64,000 nt of DNA, taken from assembly GCA_039811685.1 (NCBI GenBank), contig JBDHZC010000001.1, positions 576,001 to 640,000 on the forward strand, written 5' to 3'. Below are positions 1-11,350 of the stretch, piece after piece. The position numbers and the translations under genes were made by a program. This stretch comes from Armatimonadota bacterium. Its GTDB lineage: Bacteria > Armatimonadota > UBA5829 > DSUL01. Under the pieces are notes generated by a model. That model had not been told where the DNA came from. It saw only the letters and a program-made list of their open reading frames with translations, and did not search any database. How positions within the stretch are numbered: position 1 is the first letter of the stretch; each line of letters opens with the position of its first letter.

Positions 1-1189
1 GGTGCTTTCTTTTGCCATCGTAGTTACAGGTGATCGTTCCAGCCCCGATATTCGTGCGCTGTCCAACATCCGCATCTCCAAGATAGCTGAGATGCGACGC
101 TGACACTTCGTCGGCTACCCGGCTGTTCTTGACCTCCACGAAATTTCCTATCTTGACTGCCCTGCCAATCTCAGAACCCGGCCTGATTCTTGCAAAGGGC
201 CCTATCCTGCTGTGTGCGGCTACGGTAGAATCCTCGATAACCGCATTTTCTATTGTAACACCCTGCCCAATCGCGCTGTTCGATATTCGCGCGTTTGGCC
301 CGATAGAGCAACTTCCGGCAATTGTGGTGCTTCCCTGAAGAATTGTATTCGGGTACACGACAGTGTCCGGCTCGATTGTGACACCGACATCCGCATAGAC
401 AGACGCAGGGTCAATCATGGTGACTCCACCCAGCATGAGGTCATTCAGAATGCGCCGCCGCATGACGGCTGTGGCTTCTGCGAGCTCGACTCGTGTGTTA
501 ATCCCAAGCGCCTCAGTCGAGTCCGGCGCAACATACGCATTGACTTTCTTACCCGACGCTGAAAATATCCCAATGACGTCTGTAAGATAGTACTCCTGCT
601 GACGGTTGTCAGAGCGCAACTGATGCAGAGCAGGCATCAGATCGCGAACCCGAAAAGCGTAGATACTCGTGCAGATCTCTTTGATTGCCAGAACTTCCGG
701 GGCAGCATCCTTCGCCTCGACAATAGCAGTCACATGTGAGCTTGCAGGGTCCCTGAGAATGCGCCCGTACATTGCTGCGTCATCCAGCAATGCGCTGAGG
801 AGAGTTGCAGCGGAATCTGAAGCAATGCAGTCGTCCAGCATCGCTCGAATAGTGCCCGGCAGAATGAGCGGTGTGTCCGCCGGGAATACGGCCACGTAAT
901 CGACATTCGCAAGCGCCTGCTCAGCGCAGCGCGCAGCGTGTCCCGTGCCAAGCTGCTCGCTTTGGACAATGTGTTCTACGTCGTCTCCGAGAGCGGCTTT
1001 CACGGCTTCAGCCTGGTGCCCCACGATGGCAGCGATGCGCTCAATCCCGGCAGATCGGCAGGCTTCGACAACGTGCCGCCCAACAGGTCTTCCGCACATG
1101 GGATGCGCGGCTTTGGGAAGAGCGCTCTTCATTCGGGTGCTCCTTCCTGCCGCCATTATCAGAGCCGCCTGCCTGACTTGAGTGGCCAA
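1..1189 (-). CDS. glmU: Bifunctional UDP-GlcNAc pyrophosphorylase / glucosamine-1-P acetyltransferase (3' end runs off the window)
   Basis: Not in the ORF track because the stop lies outside the window. Manual translation from TTG 1189 (GAGG SD upstream) gives MATQVRQAALIMAAGRSTRMKSALPKAAHPMCG. The same frame at the left edge reads HLSYLGDADVGQRTNIGAGTITCNYDGKRKH. Confidence 0.95.
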   Translation of the reverse strand, partial: MATQVRQAALIMAAGRSTRMKSALPKAAHPMCGRPVGRHVVEACRSAGIERIAAIVGHQAEAVKAALGDDVEHIVQSEQLGTGHAARCAEQALANVDYVAVFPADTPLILPGTIRAMLDDCIASDSAATLLSALLDDAAMYGRILRDPASSHVTAIVEAKDAAPEVLAIKEICTSIYAFRVRDLMPALHQLRSDNRQQEYYLTDVIGIFSASGKKVNAYVAPDSTEALGINTRVELAEATAVMRRRILNDLMLGGVTMIDPASVYADVGVTIEPDTVVYPNTILQGSTTIAGSCSIGPNARISNSAIGQGVTIENAVIEDSTVAAHSRIGPFARIRPGSEIGRAVKIGNFVEVKNSRVADEVSASHLSYLGDADVGQRTNIGAGTITCNYDGKRKH

Positions 1190-1264
1190 TCAGTACCTCG
1201 TTCGCTGTTTTCGACCCGCCCTGGGCACGCGCTTGGGCCTAAGGAGAGATGAGTTTCAAGAGTT

Positions 1265-1335
1265 CTCCCGGGCAAGGATTCGAACCTCGATAAGCAGAAC
1301 CAAAATCTGCTGTCCTGCCATTAGACGACCCGGGA
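1265..1335 (-). tRNA. tRNA-Gln (anticodon TTG), CCA not encoded
   Basis: TCCCGGG/CCCGGGA acceptor stem, GCAGA-TTTTGGT-TCTGC anticodon arm, GGTTCGAATCC T arm. Confidence 0.95.
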
Positions 1336-1344
1336 ACGCGAGGC

Positions 1345-1374
1345 ATGATAGTAACGCCGCTGAAAAAGTGTCAA
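1345..1374 (-). promoter_or_regulatory. Sigma70-type promoter for tRNA-Gln/glmU
   Basis: TTGACA-18 nt-TATCAT, 10 nt upstream of the tRNA. Confidence 0.7.
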
Positions 1375-1528
1375 CATGAAAACTGTCCCGTGTGAAGGAT
1401 GTCTGTTCGAGGCCAGCCGTCTATTGCGCCAAATGCAAGCCATGTCTGGCCAGACAATCCATCGGACGCTGGCCTGTCCGTCACTTGCGTGGCAGGATAG
1501 GCGGCTCAGACGGTAGAAAGGAGATACT

Positions 1529-1576
1529 GTGAACGACACTTTGACAGCATTTCGTGTGGACTACTGCCTGCCATGA
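1529..1576 (+). CDS. Putative 15-aa upstream ORF (MNDTLTAFRVDYCLP) coupled to the next gene
   Basis: AAGGAG SD 5 nt before GTG 1529. Its TGA overlaps the next ATG (ATGA). Confidence 0.35.
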   Translation: MNDTLTAFRVDYCLP

Positions 1577-3051
1577 AGCCAGTTACCCTCAACCGCGATG
1601 AGTACTACGACCGCGTCTACGCATGCTGGCTGGGAAAGACAATCGGAGGCACACTGGGCGCGCCTTTTGAGGGGAAGAAAGAAGTCCTGAGTCTGGACTA
1701 CTACGACCCTATCCCGGATGGCTCTATTCCCAACGACGACCTGGATCTGCAACTTGTCTGGCTGAAGATGTTGCAGGACCGCGGAGTGAAACCCCACCTT
1801 TCAGACTTTGCCGAGTACTGGATGAAGCATCTGAGCGCCTATCCATGGGAAGAGTATGGATACTGCGGGCGCAACCTGGAGCGCGGGCTGCGCCCGCCGA
1901 TTTCCGGATGTTTTGAAAACGATTTTATCGACCAGATGGGCTCACCCATCCGCAGCGAACTGTGGGCGTGTATTGCGCCTGGAAACCCGCAGCTTGCGGC
2001 GGAAATGGCCTGGAAAGACGCGGTCCTGGATCATGCGGGCGGAGAAGGAGTTTACGGAGAGATGTTCCTGGCGGCGCTGGAAAGCGCCGCGTTCGTCGAG
2101 AAGAACCCTTTCACTCTGATAGACATTGCCCTCCAGATGATTCCGTCGTGGAGCGCTATCGCGAGGGCGGTAAGGATGGCGGTCTGGGCGAGAGAACACG
2201 ATCTGTCGTGGGAGTCTGCGCGCGAACAAATTTTGCGCCGGTTTGGCCACCCCCACCCGTGCAACGCTCCCCAAAATCTCGGATTCATTGTCATAGGCTG
2301 GCTGTGGGGCGCAGACTTTGGCGACAGGCTGTGCAAGGCAGTGAACTGCGGCTACGATACGGACTGCACCGGGGCGACGCTGGGTGCGATTCTGGGGATT
2401 GTCGGTGGCGCCTCAGACATTCCGGATCGATGGAGCCAACCCGTGGGAGACAAGATCGTTTTGCATGCGTTCACACGAAACCTGGACGCCCCCAAGACAC
2501 TTGGAGACCTGACGGATCAGACTGTCGCGCTGGCGACACTGGTAATGGCCGAGCGAAGCAAGACGGTGGACTTTGGTGAAAAGACGCATGTCGCCGGGAA
2601 CCGCCTGGCAGGCTTGCGACGCAGCGATCGGGCAAGGCGCATTTTGGAGCGCGACTACGAAGCCGCCACTTTACCAGCGTCCAAGGACGTGGAAGTCACT
2701 CTGCACTACTTCGGTCAGCCGGTAATTCGGCCTCGACTTCCGAAGCTGGTGGGAATATCCGTTGAGCAGGCGGAAACTCCAATATCGTCCAAGATTGAGC
2801 TGGTAACGCCGCTGGGCTGGAAAGTGAGTCTGGAAGGAAGTCAGGGACTGCAGGCACTATTCAACATTACAGCGGACGAGGTCCAGGATTCCAACCAGGT
2901 CAGAGTGCGCTTCCAGACAGATTCGCAATCCGGGCAGGCGGATTTCGTTTTTCTGGGGCCCGGACAATCGCAGGAGTGGTCGCCCGGAGAGGGGGTGCCA
3001 ATGTGCGAGACGTGCCATGCCAGGGTTGAAAGTTGCCTTTGCCGAAAATGA
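1573..3051 (+). CDS. ADP-ribosylglycohydrolase family protein with C-terminal extension and Cys-rich tail
   Basis: GKTIGGTLGAPFEG, PNDDLDLQ and GYDTDCTGATLGAILG motifs. Tail CETCHARVESCLC. Confidence 0.85.
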   Translation: MKPVTLNRDEYYDRVYACWLGKTIGGTLGAPFEGKKEVLSLDYYDPIPDGSIPNDDLDLQLVWLKMLQDRGVKPHLSDFAEYWMKHLSAYPWEEYGYCGRNLERGLRPPISGCFENDFIDQMGSPIRSELWACIAPGNPQLAAEMAWKDAVLDHAGGEGVYGEMFLAALESAAFVEKNPFTLIDIALQMIPSWSAIARAVRMAVWAREHDLSWESAREQILRRFGHPHPCNAPQNLGFIVIGWLWGADFGDRLCKAVNCGYDTDCTGATLGAILGIVGGASDIPDRWSQPVGDKIVLHAFTRNLDAPKTLGDLTDQTVALATLVMAERSKTVDFGEKTHVAGNRLAGLRRSDRARRILERDYEAATLPASKDVEVTLHYFGQPVIRPRLPKLVGISVEQAETPISSKIELVTPLGWKVSLEGSQGLQALFNITADEVQDSNQVRVRFQTDSQSGQADFVFLGPGQSQEWSPGEGVPMCETCHARVESCLCRK

Positions 3052-3650
3052 ACGAAATCGAGCGCTTCAGGCGGCGCGAAGGGCTTGCTGTCGTAGTGTC
3101 CGGGCCTTCTGGAGTAGGCAAAGACACTCTGCTTGACAGGTTTCTGGCAGATTTCGCGGGCGTAACGCGCCTCATCACGTGCACGACGCGGCCGAAGCGT
3201 GAGACAGAGACAGACGGCATTGACTACTTCTTTGTCACTCAGAAGGAATTCGACAGGATGAGGGAGTCTCAGATGCTGCTCGAGTCCGCCGAAGTCTACG
3301 GGTATTCCTATGGCTCGCCAAAGCAGTACGTGGATGAAAGACGCAGCGAGGGGCTTGATGTTATACTCAAGCTCGACGTGCAGGGCGGGCTGTCTGTCAA
3401 ACGCGCGCTTCCTGAGGCTGTTATGGTTTTCGTGGCGCCTCCTTCGCTGGAAGAGCTTGAGAGACGGCTGCGCAAGCGGCGCACAGAGTCAGACGACTCA
3501 CTGGCACGGCGTCTGGGCAATGCACGCGCAGAGCTCGACTTGATCTCGCGCTACGACTATCTCATCATCCACCATTCCCCAGAGCAGGCCAGTGCCGAGC
3601 TCGGGGCCATTATAACCGCAGAAAGAGTGAGGGTAATCAATGGCGGATAA
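3048..3650 (+). CDS. gmk: Guanylate kinase
   Basis: VSGPSGVGKDT P-loop, TTRPKR..E.DGIDYFF. ATG 3048 overlaps the upstream stop. Confidence 0.95.
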   Translation: MNEIERFRRREGLAVVVSGPSGVGKDTLLDRFLADFAGVTRLITCTTRPKRETETDGIDYFFVTQKEFDRMRESQMLLESAEVYGYSYGSPKQYVDERRSEGLDVILKLDVQGGLSVKRALPEAVMVFVAPPSLEELERRLRKRRTESDDSLARRLGNARAELDLISRYDYLIIHHSPEQASAELGAIITAERVRVINGG

Positions 3651-4860
3651 AGCGTACTCGGGCAAGCGTATTGTTCTGGGCGTGTCCGGGAGTATCGCCG
3701 CGTACAAAGCGGCGGATATCGCCAGCGCGCTGACACAGGGCGGGGCGATTGTGCAGGTAGTGATGACCGATAGCGCAACGCAGTTTATTACTCCGGTTAC
3801 GATGCGCGCTTTGACCGGACGCACTCCGCTTGTGGGAGTTTTTGACGAGACCACCGAGGGCGAGGTGACCCACGTCTCAGTCGCTGAGAATGCGGACCTG
3901 CTGTTGGTTGCTCCAGCCACCGCTAACATCATCGCAAAGATGGCTCACGGACTGGCTGACGACATGTTGTCCACCCTTTACCTGGCGGCAAAATGCCCGG
4001 TTGTCATTGCTCCAGCAATGAACACCAACATGTGGACCAACGCCGCTGTGGTCACAAATGTTGACCGCCTCAAGACACTTGGCCACCGCTTTGTCGATCC
4101 CGCCGAAGGCTATCTGGCGTGCGGGACCATTGGGCAGGGCAAACTGGCGACTGTAGACGAGATACTCTCGGTGGTAGAGAGTGTGTTTGAAGGCGACAAG
4201 GTGACCGACCTGGCTGGTCTGCGCTTTCTGATTACAGCCGGACCCACCAGAGAGCCAATCGACCCGGTTCGCTACCTTTCCAACTACTCTACAGGCCTGA
4301 TGGGCTTTTCAATTGCTGAGGCGGCGAAGGAGCGCGGGGCGCACGTCTCACTGGTAACCGGTCCGTCCGAAGTTGCCATCCCCCACGTGGATGACCTGGT
4401 CCGGGTGGAGACCGCCGAAGAGATGCTGGAGGCAATCCGAGCGCGCTTCCGGCAGACGGACGTCGTGATCATGGCGGCTGCGGTAAGCGATTTCCGCGCT
4501 CCGAAATCCGAGCAAAAGCTCAAGAAGAGCGCCGGACGATCCAGGACTCTGGAACTACACGAGACAACGGACATTCTGGCAGAGATTGGCAAGAACAAAG
4601 ACCGGCAGGTACTTGTCGGATTTGCGCTGGAGAGTGAAGATCTCATCGAAAACGCGCGCCAGAAGCTGCAGGCTAAAAATCTGGACATGGTGGTAGCGAA
4701 CAGCGTGGACGAGGAAAACCGTCCATTTGGCGAAGGCCCGTCGCGAGTGCGCTTTCTGCTCGAAAACGGCTCGGAACTGCCGCTGCCGTTGATGAGCAAG
4801 CCTGAAATTGCCAATCACCTTCTGAGCTACATCAAAGAGAATTTGCTCACGCAAGAGTGA
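3640..4860 (+). CDS. coaBC: Phosphopantothenoylcysteine decarboxylase/ligase
   Basis: GVSGSIAAYKA, APAMNTNM, TAGPTREPIDPVRYLSNYSTG. Confidence 0.97.
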   Translation: MADKAYSGKRIVLGVSGSIAAYKAADIASALTQGGAIVQVVMTDSATQFITPVTMRALTGRTPLVGVFDETTEGEVTHVSVAENADLLLVAPATANIIAKMAHGLADDMLSTLYLAAKCPVVIAPAMNTNMWTNAAVVTNVDRLKTLGHRFVDPAEGYLACGTIGQGKLATVDEILSVVESVFEGDKVTDLAGLRFLITAGPTREPIDPVRYLSNYSTGLMGFSIAEAAKERGAHVSLVTGPSEVAIPHVDDLVRVETAEEMLEAIRARFRQTDVVIMAAAVSDFRAPKSEQKLKKSAGRSRTLELHETTDILAEIGKNKDRQVLVGFALESEDLIENARQKLQAKNLDMVVANSVDEENRPFGEGPSRVRFLLENGSELPLPLMSKPEIANHLLSYIKENLLTQE

Positions 4861-5103
4861 CATGCCAAGCAGCGTGGACAAGCATCCCGCTGAGAAAAAA
4901 AACAGAGCCAGCATAACGGCGCAGCAGTAATTGAACATCTTCCTGTGGCGGACACGGTCCGGCTTCAGTAAGATATTTGCAAAGTGTCTATCGAGGGCGG
5001 CCAAAAAGAGTTGAGTAACACGCCGCTCTACAATCCGGAATGCGCCAGCCTTCCACTCTAGAATGGCCACAGAAGAGAGCGCCCGAGGGCGCAGGAGGAC
5101 GAA

Positions 5104-6259
<1,156 letters not shown>

Positions 6260-6267
<8 letters not shown>

Positions 6268-8692
6268 GTGCGACTCACCGCTTCCTGACACATTCGCCCG
6301 TGTAGCCATTCTTACAGAGAAAGGCGCGCTGGCGGAAACTTACACGTACGCACTACAGCGACCACACAACGATGCTCCCATCGGAGCCTGTGTGGTCGTT
6401 CCTTTTCAGACACGGGTACTTCTCGGCTACGTGGTGGAGACCATGGAGTCCTCTGATGTCGCCCAAACCAGAGCCGTTATCGGACGATATTCCCCGGGAG
6501 ACGTTCCTGTAGAGAGGGTCGAGCTGGCTCGCTGGATGGCACAGCGCTGGTACACAACACTCGCGGTGTGCCTGAGAATGATGACGCCTCCAGCCATGCG
6601 CGGGCGCATTGTCCGGAGGGTGCGCACGGTTGAAGGCTCCTCTGCTCACCTCCCGCCGAAGATTGCACAGATTCTTGAGTTCATTCACGCTGAACAACCC
6701 GTATCCCACGCAAGACTCTACAGGCGCTTCGGAAAAGAGCCAGCTCGCAGGGCATTGTCTATCCTGCGCAAGGCTAACCTGATAGAAGAAGACATTGAAG
6801 TCTCCTCCGGAGGCGCTGCCGCACAGACTGAAAAAGCCTACAGCGCTGCGGACGACCTGACAGTCGCGCAGTGGCTGGAGACCCACGGTAGGCGGCGGTT
6901 TGCGCAGGCTGCTCTTCTGCGCCGTATTGCTGACTGTGAAGGGCCCGTTCTGGTGACGGAACTGGGCAATACGACATCCAATATTTCGGCGCTGCTCAGG
7001 CAACTGACTTCATCAGGGGTGGTGACAGTTGAGCAGCGGCCGGTCCGGCGGCGGGCACGCGAGATGTCCGCACCTCGCAAGTTGCTGGAGTTGACACAGG
7101 ATCAGGGACGGGCGCTGGATCAGATTGAGGCTGCTCTGCGCTCCGAGGAATTCCGCGAGATTCTGCTGTTTGGTGTTACGGCAAGCGGCAAGACTGAAGT
7201 GTATCTGCGCGCAATTCAACGCGTATTGGAGGAAGGCCGATCCGCGCTGGTGCTGATGCCTGAAATCGCCCTGACTGTGCACGCGATCTCGCAGTTTCGC
7301 GCTTGGTTTGGGGATGAGCTTGCGGTACTGCACAGCAGACTCTCCGTTGGAGAACGGGCAGATGAGTGGCGGCGCATCCAGGCAGGAGAGGCCCGTGTTG
7401 TGCTTGGACCGCGCTCAGCAGTTTTTGCGCCACTCGTAGAACCGAGAATTATCATCATTGATGAAGAACATGAGGGAGCGTTCAAGCAGGACAGCGATCC
7501 CCGCTATCATGCCCGAGAACTCTGTCGCCACATCGCCACCAGACTCAAAATCCCCTTAATTCTCGGAAGCGCCACACCTTCACTGGAAACCTTCTATCGC
7601 GCGCAAAACGGCAGCGCTGAATTGTGTGAGATGGCCAGCCGTATTGACAGCCGCCCAATGCCCGAAGTCCAAGTCGTGGACATGCGCGAGTTTGCCAGAG
7701 AAGGACATCTCACAATTCTCAGTGATCCACTGCGCCAGGCTCTCAGCCAGGCCGTCAGCGACCACGGACAGACCATTCTTTTCCTGAACAGGCGCGCTTA
7801 CGGGACTTTCGTCATGTGCCGCGAGTGCGGCTACGTCGCCAGCTGCCCCAACTGCGCCGTCAGCACCAAGTACCATCGCATTGACCGATCTATCCGCTGT
7901 CACCACTGCGACTTCAAAGCGCCTGCTCCATCTATCTGTCCTTCCTGTCAAAGCGTCAAAATCGCAAGCTTCGGGGTTGGGACTCAGCGTGTGGAGGAAG
8001 AACTGGCACTTGTGAACCCTAAGCTTCGCGTTATGCGTATGGACCGCGACACCACATCTGGGAAAGATGCTGTTGTGAACCTGCTGGAGCGCTTTCGCGC
8101 ACATGAGGCAGATGTTCTGGTCGGCACACAGATGGTTGCAAAGGGACTCGATTTCCCTGGTGTCCTGCTGGTTGGAGTGATAAACGCAGACAGCGGACTG
8201 CACATGCCGGACTACAGGGCTGCTGAACGAGGCTTCCAACTCCTAACGCAGGTGGCGGGGCGCGCGGGGCGCGGCGAACGCGCGGGAAAGGTTGTTTTGC
8301 AGACATTTCAACCGGGTCACTATGCGATCACAGCTGCTGTTCACCACGACTTCCGCTCGTTCTATGATCACGAATTACTCTTTCGCCAGGAGCTGGGCTG
8401 GCCGCCCTTTGGAGCCGTGGCCCGGTTGCTCATCCGCGACAATACCCAACCCGCCTGCCAGCGCGCTGCTCGAGAAATCGCTCATATTCTTGGACAGGTC
8501 AACACGCCTGGAAAGGTGGAGATTTTAGGGCCGTCTCCTGCTCCTATAGAGCGCATCTACGGGAAGTTCCGATTCAATATTCTGCTGCGCGCTCCCGAAA
8601 GAGAGGATATATTGAATTTATTGGACAGATCAGAAGCCAGAAACTGGAAGTCCGAAGTCGCTATTGACATTGATGCGTTAAATATGATGTAG
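6260..8692 (+). CDS. priA: Primosomal protein N' (start uncertain: ATC 6260 proposed; first canonical codon is GTG 6392)
   Basis: [15 protein letters not shown], two CxxC..CxxC zinc modules, [12 protein letters not shown]. The frame is open from 6260 and encodes a PriA-like N-terminus (FARVAI...TYTY...GACVVVPF). Confidence 0.93.
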
Positions 8693-8773
8693 CCGGCCTG
8701 CACACAGGCAGGGTGACAATGGCTGGACACGAATCCAGCAAGTTGCTGTCAGTCCAACTCTAGCTCAAGACGA

Positions 8774-9256
8774 ATGATTAAGCTTTCCGAAATACTCATC
8801 TACGGAGATCCGCGGCTGCGGCAGAAGGCCAATGAAGCAACGGATCCCGGAGCGCACGCGCAACTTATCGAAAGAATGCGACGCGTGATGGAAGACGCTA
8901 ACGGCATCGGCCTGGCCTCAACGCAGCTTGGCGAAATGATCCGGGTGATTGTCTGGAAGACGGACACTCATTCTGGAGCGCTTGTCAATCCGGAGCTCAC
9001 GCTGGGAGAGGAGCAGGAGATTCTGCAGGAAGGGTGCCTCAGCGTTCCGGGAATGGCAGCAGACGTAAAGAGAGCGACGAGGGTGGAGGCATGTGGCTAT
9101 GACGAGACGGGCCGGCGTGTGAAGTTCAAAGCTCACGGCCTTATCGCGCGAGTCCTGCAGCACGAAGTTGACCACCTGGACGGGGTGCTCTTCCTCGACA
9201 GGTGTGAGCCGGGAACTCTGCGCCCCACCCCTGCGACCCAGACGCCTGGCATCTAG
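8774..9256 (+). CDS. def: Peptide deformylase
   Basis: GIGLASTQ, EGCLS, QHEVDHLDG. Confidence 0.97.
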   Translation: MIKLSEILIYGDPRLRQKANEATDPGAHAQLIERMRRVMEDANGIGLASTQLGEMIRVIVWKTDTHSGALVNPELTLGEEQEILQEGCLSVPGMAADVKRATRVEACGYDETGRRVKFKAHGLIARVLQHEVDHLDGVLFLDRCEPGTLRPTPATQTPGI

Positions 9257-9264
9257 AGGTTTTT

Positions 9265-10236
9265 ATGCGCGTTGTCTTTATGGGCACTCCAGAGTTCTCT
9301 GTCACAGTTCTTCAGGCACTCATCGACAGCCCGCACCACATAGCTGGAGTGGTCACCCGAGCGGATCGTCCAAAGGGTCGTGGACGCAGTGTTGAAGAGT
9401 CTCCTGTCAGCGCGCTAGGCCAGGCAAAGGGTTATCCTCTCCTGAAGCCAACGGGAAAATCAGATCCGGAGTTTGTCTCAACTCTCAAAAGGTGGAGCCC
9501 AGAGGTCACGGTAGTAGCCGCCTTTGGCTTGATTCTTCCGCCGGAAGTCCTCTCAATCGCGCCTCGGGGGAATGTTAATGTTCATGCCAGTCTCCTGCCA
9601 AAATACAGAGGGGCGGCGCCGATTCAGGACGCCATAATCAGGGGTGAGTCTATCACCGGCGTCACTACTATGTTGATGGACGAGGGATTGGACACTGGCG
9701 ATATTCTCCTCCAACAAGGCACAAACATCCCGCCGGATTTTACCGCAGGTGATCTGGAAACGCGGCTGGCTCGGGACGGAGCGAGACTGCTGCTGGAAAC
9801 TCTTACAGGAATCGAAAACGGGGTAATCACCCCACAACCACAGGACCCGGCGGCGGCTACTCTGTCCAAAACGCTGAAATCATCCGATGGATATATCCTA
9901 TGGAACCAGAGAGCCTTTGATACGCATAACAGAATAAGAGGCTGCACTCCCCGGCCGGGAGCCCGGTGTTTTTACGGGGGTCAGAGTGTGCGAGTATGGA
10001 AAGCTGACATAGCGGACTGCACAAAACTCGACTGCGCGAGGGCGCAGCCTGGCGAAGTGCTGACAGTATCTGAGCAGGGCATCATGGTCGCTTGCCAGGC
10101 TCAGACAGCGGTGTGGCTTCAGGAGGTGCAGCCGGCAAGTCGAGGGCGAATGAGCGCCGCTGATTTCGCCCGCGGAGTCCGTATGACGGGAGGTCAGGGC
10201 GCCCGTTTTGACACAGAGGCGCCTGTTTCAGGATAA
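9265..10236 (+). CDS. fmt: Methionyl-tRNA formyltransferase
   Basis: MRVVFMGTPEF, NVHASLLPKYRGAAPIQ. Confidence 0.97.
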   Translation: MRVVFMGTPEFSVTVLQALIDSPHHIAGVVTRADRPKGRGRSVEESPVSALGQAKGYPLLKPTGKSDPEFVSTLKRWSPEVTVVAAFGLILPPEVLSIAPRGNVNVHASLLPKYRGAAPIQDAIIRGESITGVTTMLMDEGLDTGDILLQQGTNIPPDFTAGDLETRLARDGARLLLETLTGIENGVITPQPQDPAAATLSKTLKSSDGYILWNQRAFDTHNRIRGCTPRPGARCFYGGQSVRVWKADIADCTKLDCARAQPGEVLTVSEQGIMVACQAQTAVWLQEVQPASRGRMSAADFARGVRMTGGQGARFDTEAPVSG

Positions 10237-11042
10237 TGATAGCTGCAGTGGAAAACGACGAAGCAACAAACAAAGAAGCAGAAATTCGCCAGGCTGAGGC
10301 GCGCATTCGGGAACTGGAAATCAAACTCGCGCGTGTGCAAAAGGACCGCGCCGTGTTCGCTGTCAAGAGCAGACTGCTGGGAGAGGAGCTGGATCGCTAC
10401 CGCAACCGCGAAGACCGTGAGCATTCGCTGGTAGAAGACCTGCTTGAGCGCCAGCGTGAGCTCAATGTGATGCTGAATCGATCTAACATTCTGCTTGCAC
10501 GGGCTCAGGATGCGACGGCGATGCTTTCTATCGAATTTGGAGAGTTGGCTCGAGCTCTGCCTGAAACGGTCTCACCGGAGGGCGATACTCACGCACAGGC
10601 CGCCAATGTCGGTGATCGCGTTCAGAAGATCAACGATCTTTTCCGCAAGACGGGACAGCTTGCCGAAGAGCTCAAAGAAACTTTGCACAACAATGCTGAG
10701 GCACAACGCCGAGCTGCGGCGCCCGCCGGATCAAGCGCTTCGACACCGGTTCCGCCACCTCAGGCAGCCCCCTCAGCAACTCCTGCACAAGAATCTGCTT
10801 CTGCAGTGCCACAGGAGCCCGCGCCTCAAGAGGATGAAGCTGAGGTCATCGAGATCGACAAGATCAGAGAATCTGCTCCGAGCGTCTTTGAGAGCTGGGC
10901 AGCCCGCAGCAAAAGCGCGGGTGATGCTCCAGAGGATGAGATAATCAGAGAGATCGCGTCCGAGCAGGAGCGAGCCGATATCGAAGCGGCCCTGGGACAG
11001 CAGGGACTCTGGCAAAAGCTCAGAGGAAGATTCAACAAATAG
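10236..11042 (+). CDS. Hypothetical coiled-coil protein
   Basis: TAATG coupling to fmt, heptad-rich N-half, Pro/Ala linker, amphipathic C-terminal GLWQKLRGRF. Confidence 0.75.
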   Translation: MIAAVENDEATNKEAEIRQAEARIRELEIKLARVQKDRAVFAVKSRLLGEELDRYRNREDREHSLVEDLLERQRELNVMLNRSNILLARAQDATAMLSIEFGELARALPETVSPEGDTHAQAANVGDRVQKINDLFRKTGQLAEELKETLHNNAEAQRRAAAPAGSSASTPVPPPQAAPSATPAQESASAVPQEPAPQEDEAEVIEIDKIRESAPSVFESWAARSKSAGDAPEDEIIREIASEQERADIEAALGQQGLWQKLRGRFNK

Positions 11043-11094
11043 CGCCAGGCGCGCCTGCCCGTTCCTCCTGAGCGCCCACCGGTTCAACCGAATC

Positions 11095-11304
11095 TCAGAA
11101 CCAGCGCATATAAACGGCCGCTGTGATAAAAGCCAGAGCTAGAACTGCGGCTACAACGCGCAGCAGCATGGCGCGGCGGAAGCGCTTTAGCTGGTCCGGC
11201 ATCCAGTAGTCAGCATCGTACTCGTTGATCTCGTTGACGCCATAAACGTCCTCTTCATCTGGAAGTTGCTCGTTAGTGTGCCTAATCTCCACTGCTGTTT
11301 CCAT
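11095..11304 (-). CDS. Small hypothetical protein with C-terminal transmembrane helix
   Basis: Fills the gap between genes. Acidic N-terminus followed by LLRVVAAVLALAFITAAVY. Confidence 0.6.
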   Translation of the reverse strand: METAVEIRHTNEQLPDEEDVYGVNEINEYDADYWMPDQLKRFRRAMLLRVVAAVLALAFITAAVYMRWF

Positions 11305-11350
11305 CTACAGCCGATACCAGCGGCTGGCGCGTGGTATAGTGTGAGTCGCT

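Noticed and set aside
3004..3018. CxxCH (CETCH) as a c-type haem site
   Set aside because: The protein has no signal peptide and has two more nearby Cys, so a Zn-type site is more plausible.
4861..5103. Possible SAM riboswitch or 22-aa ORF upstream of metK
   Set aside because: No S-box consensus recognisable; the short ORF has no SD or motif.
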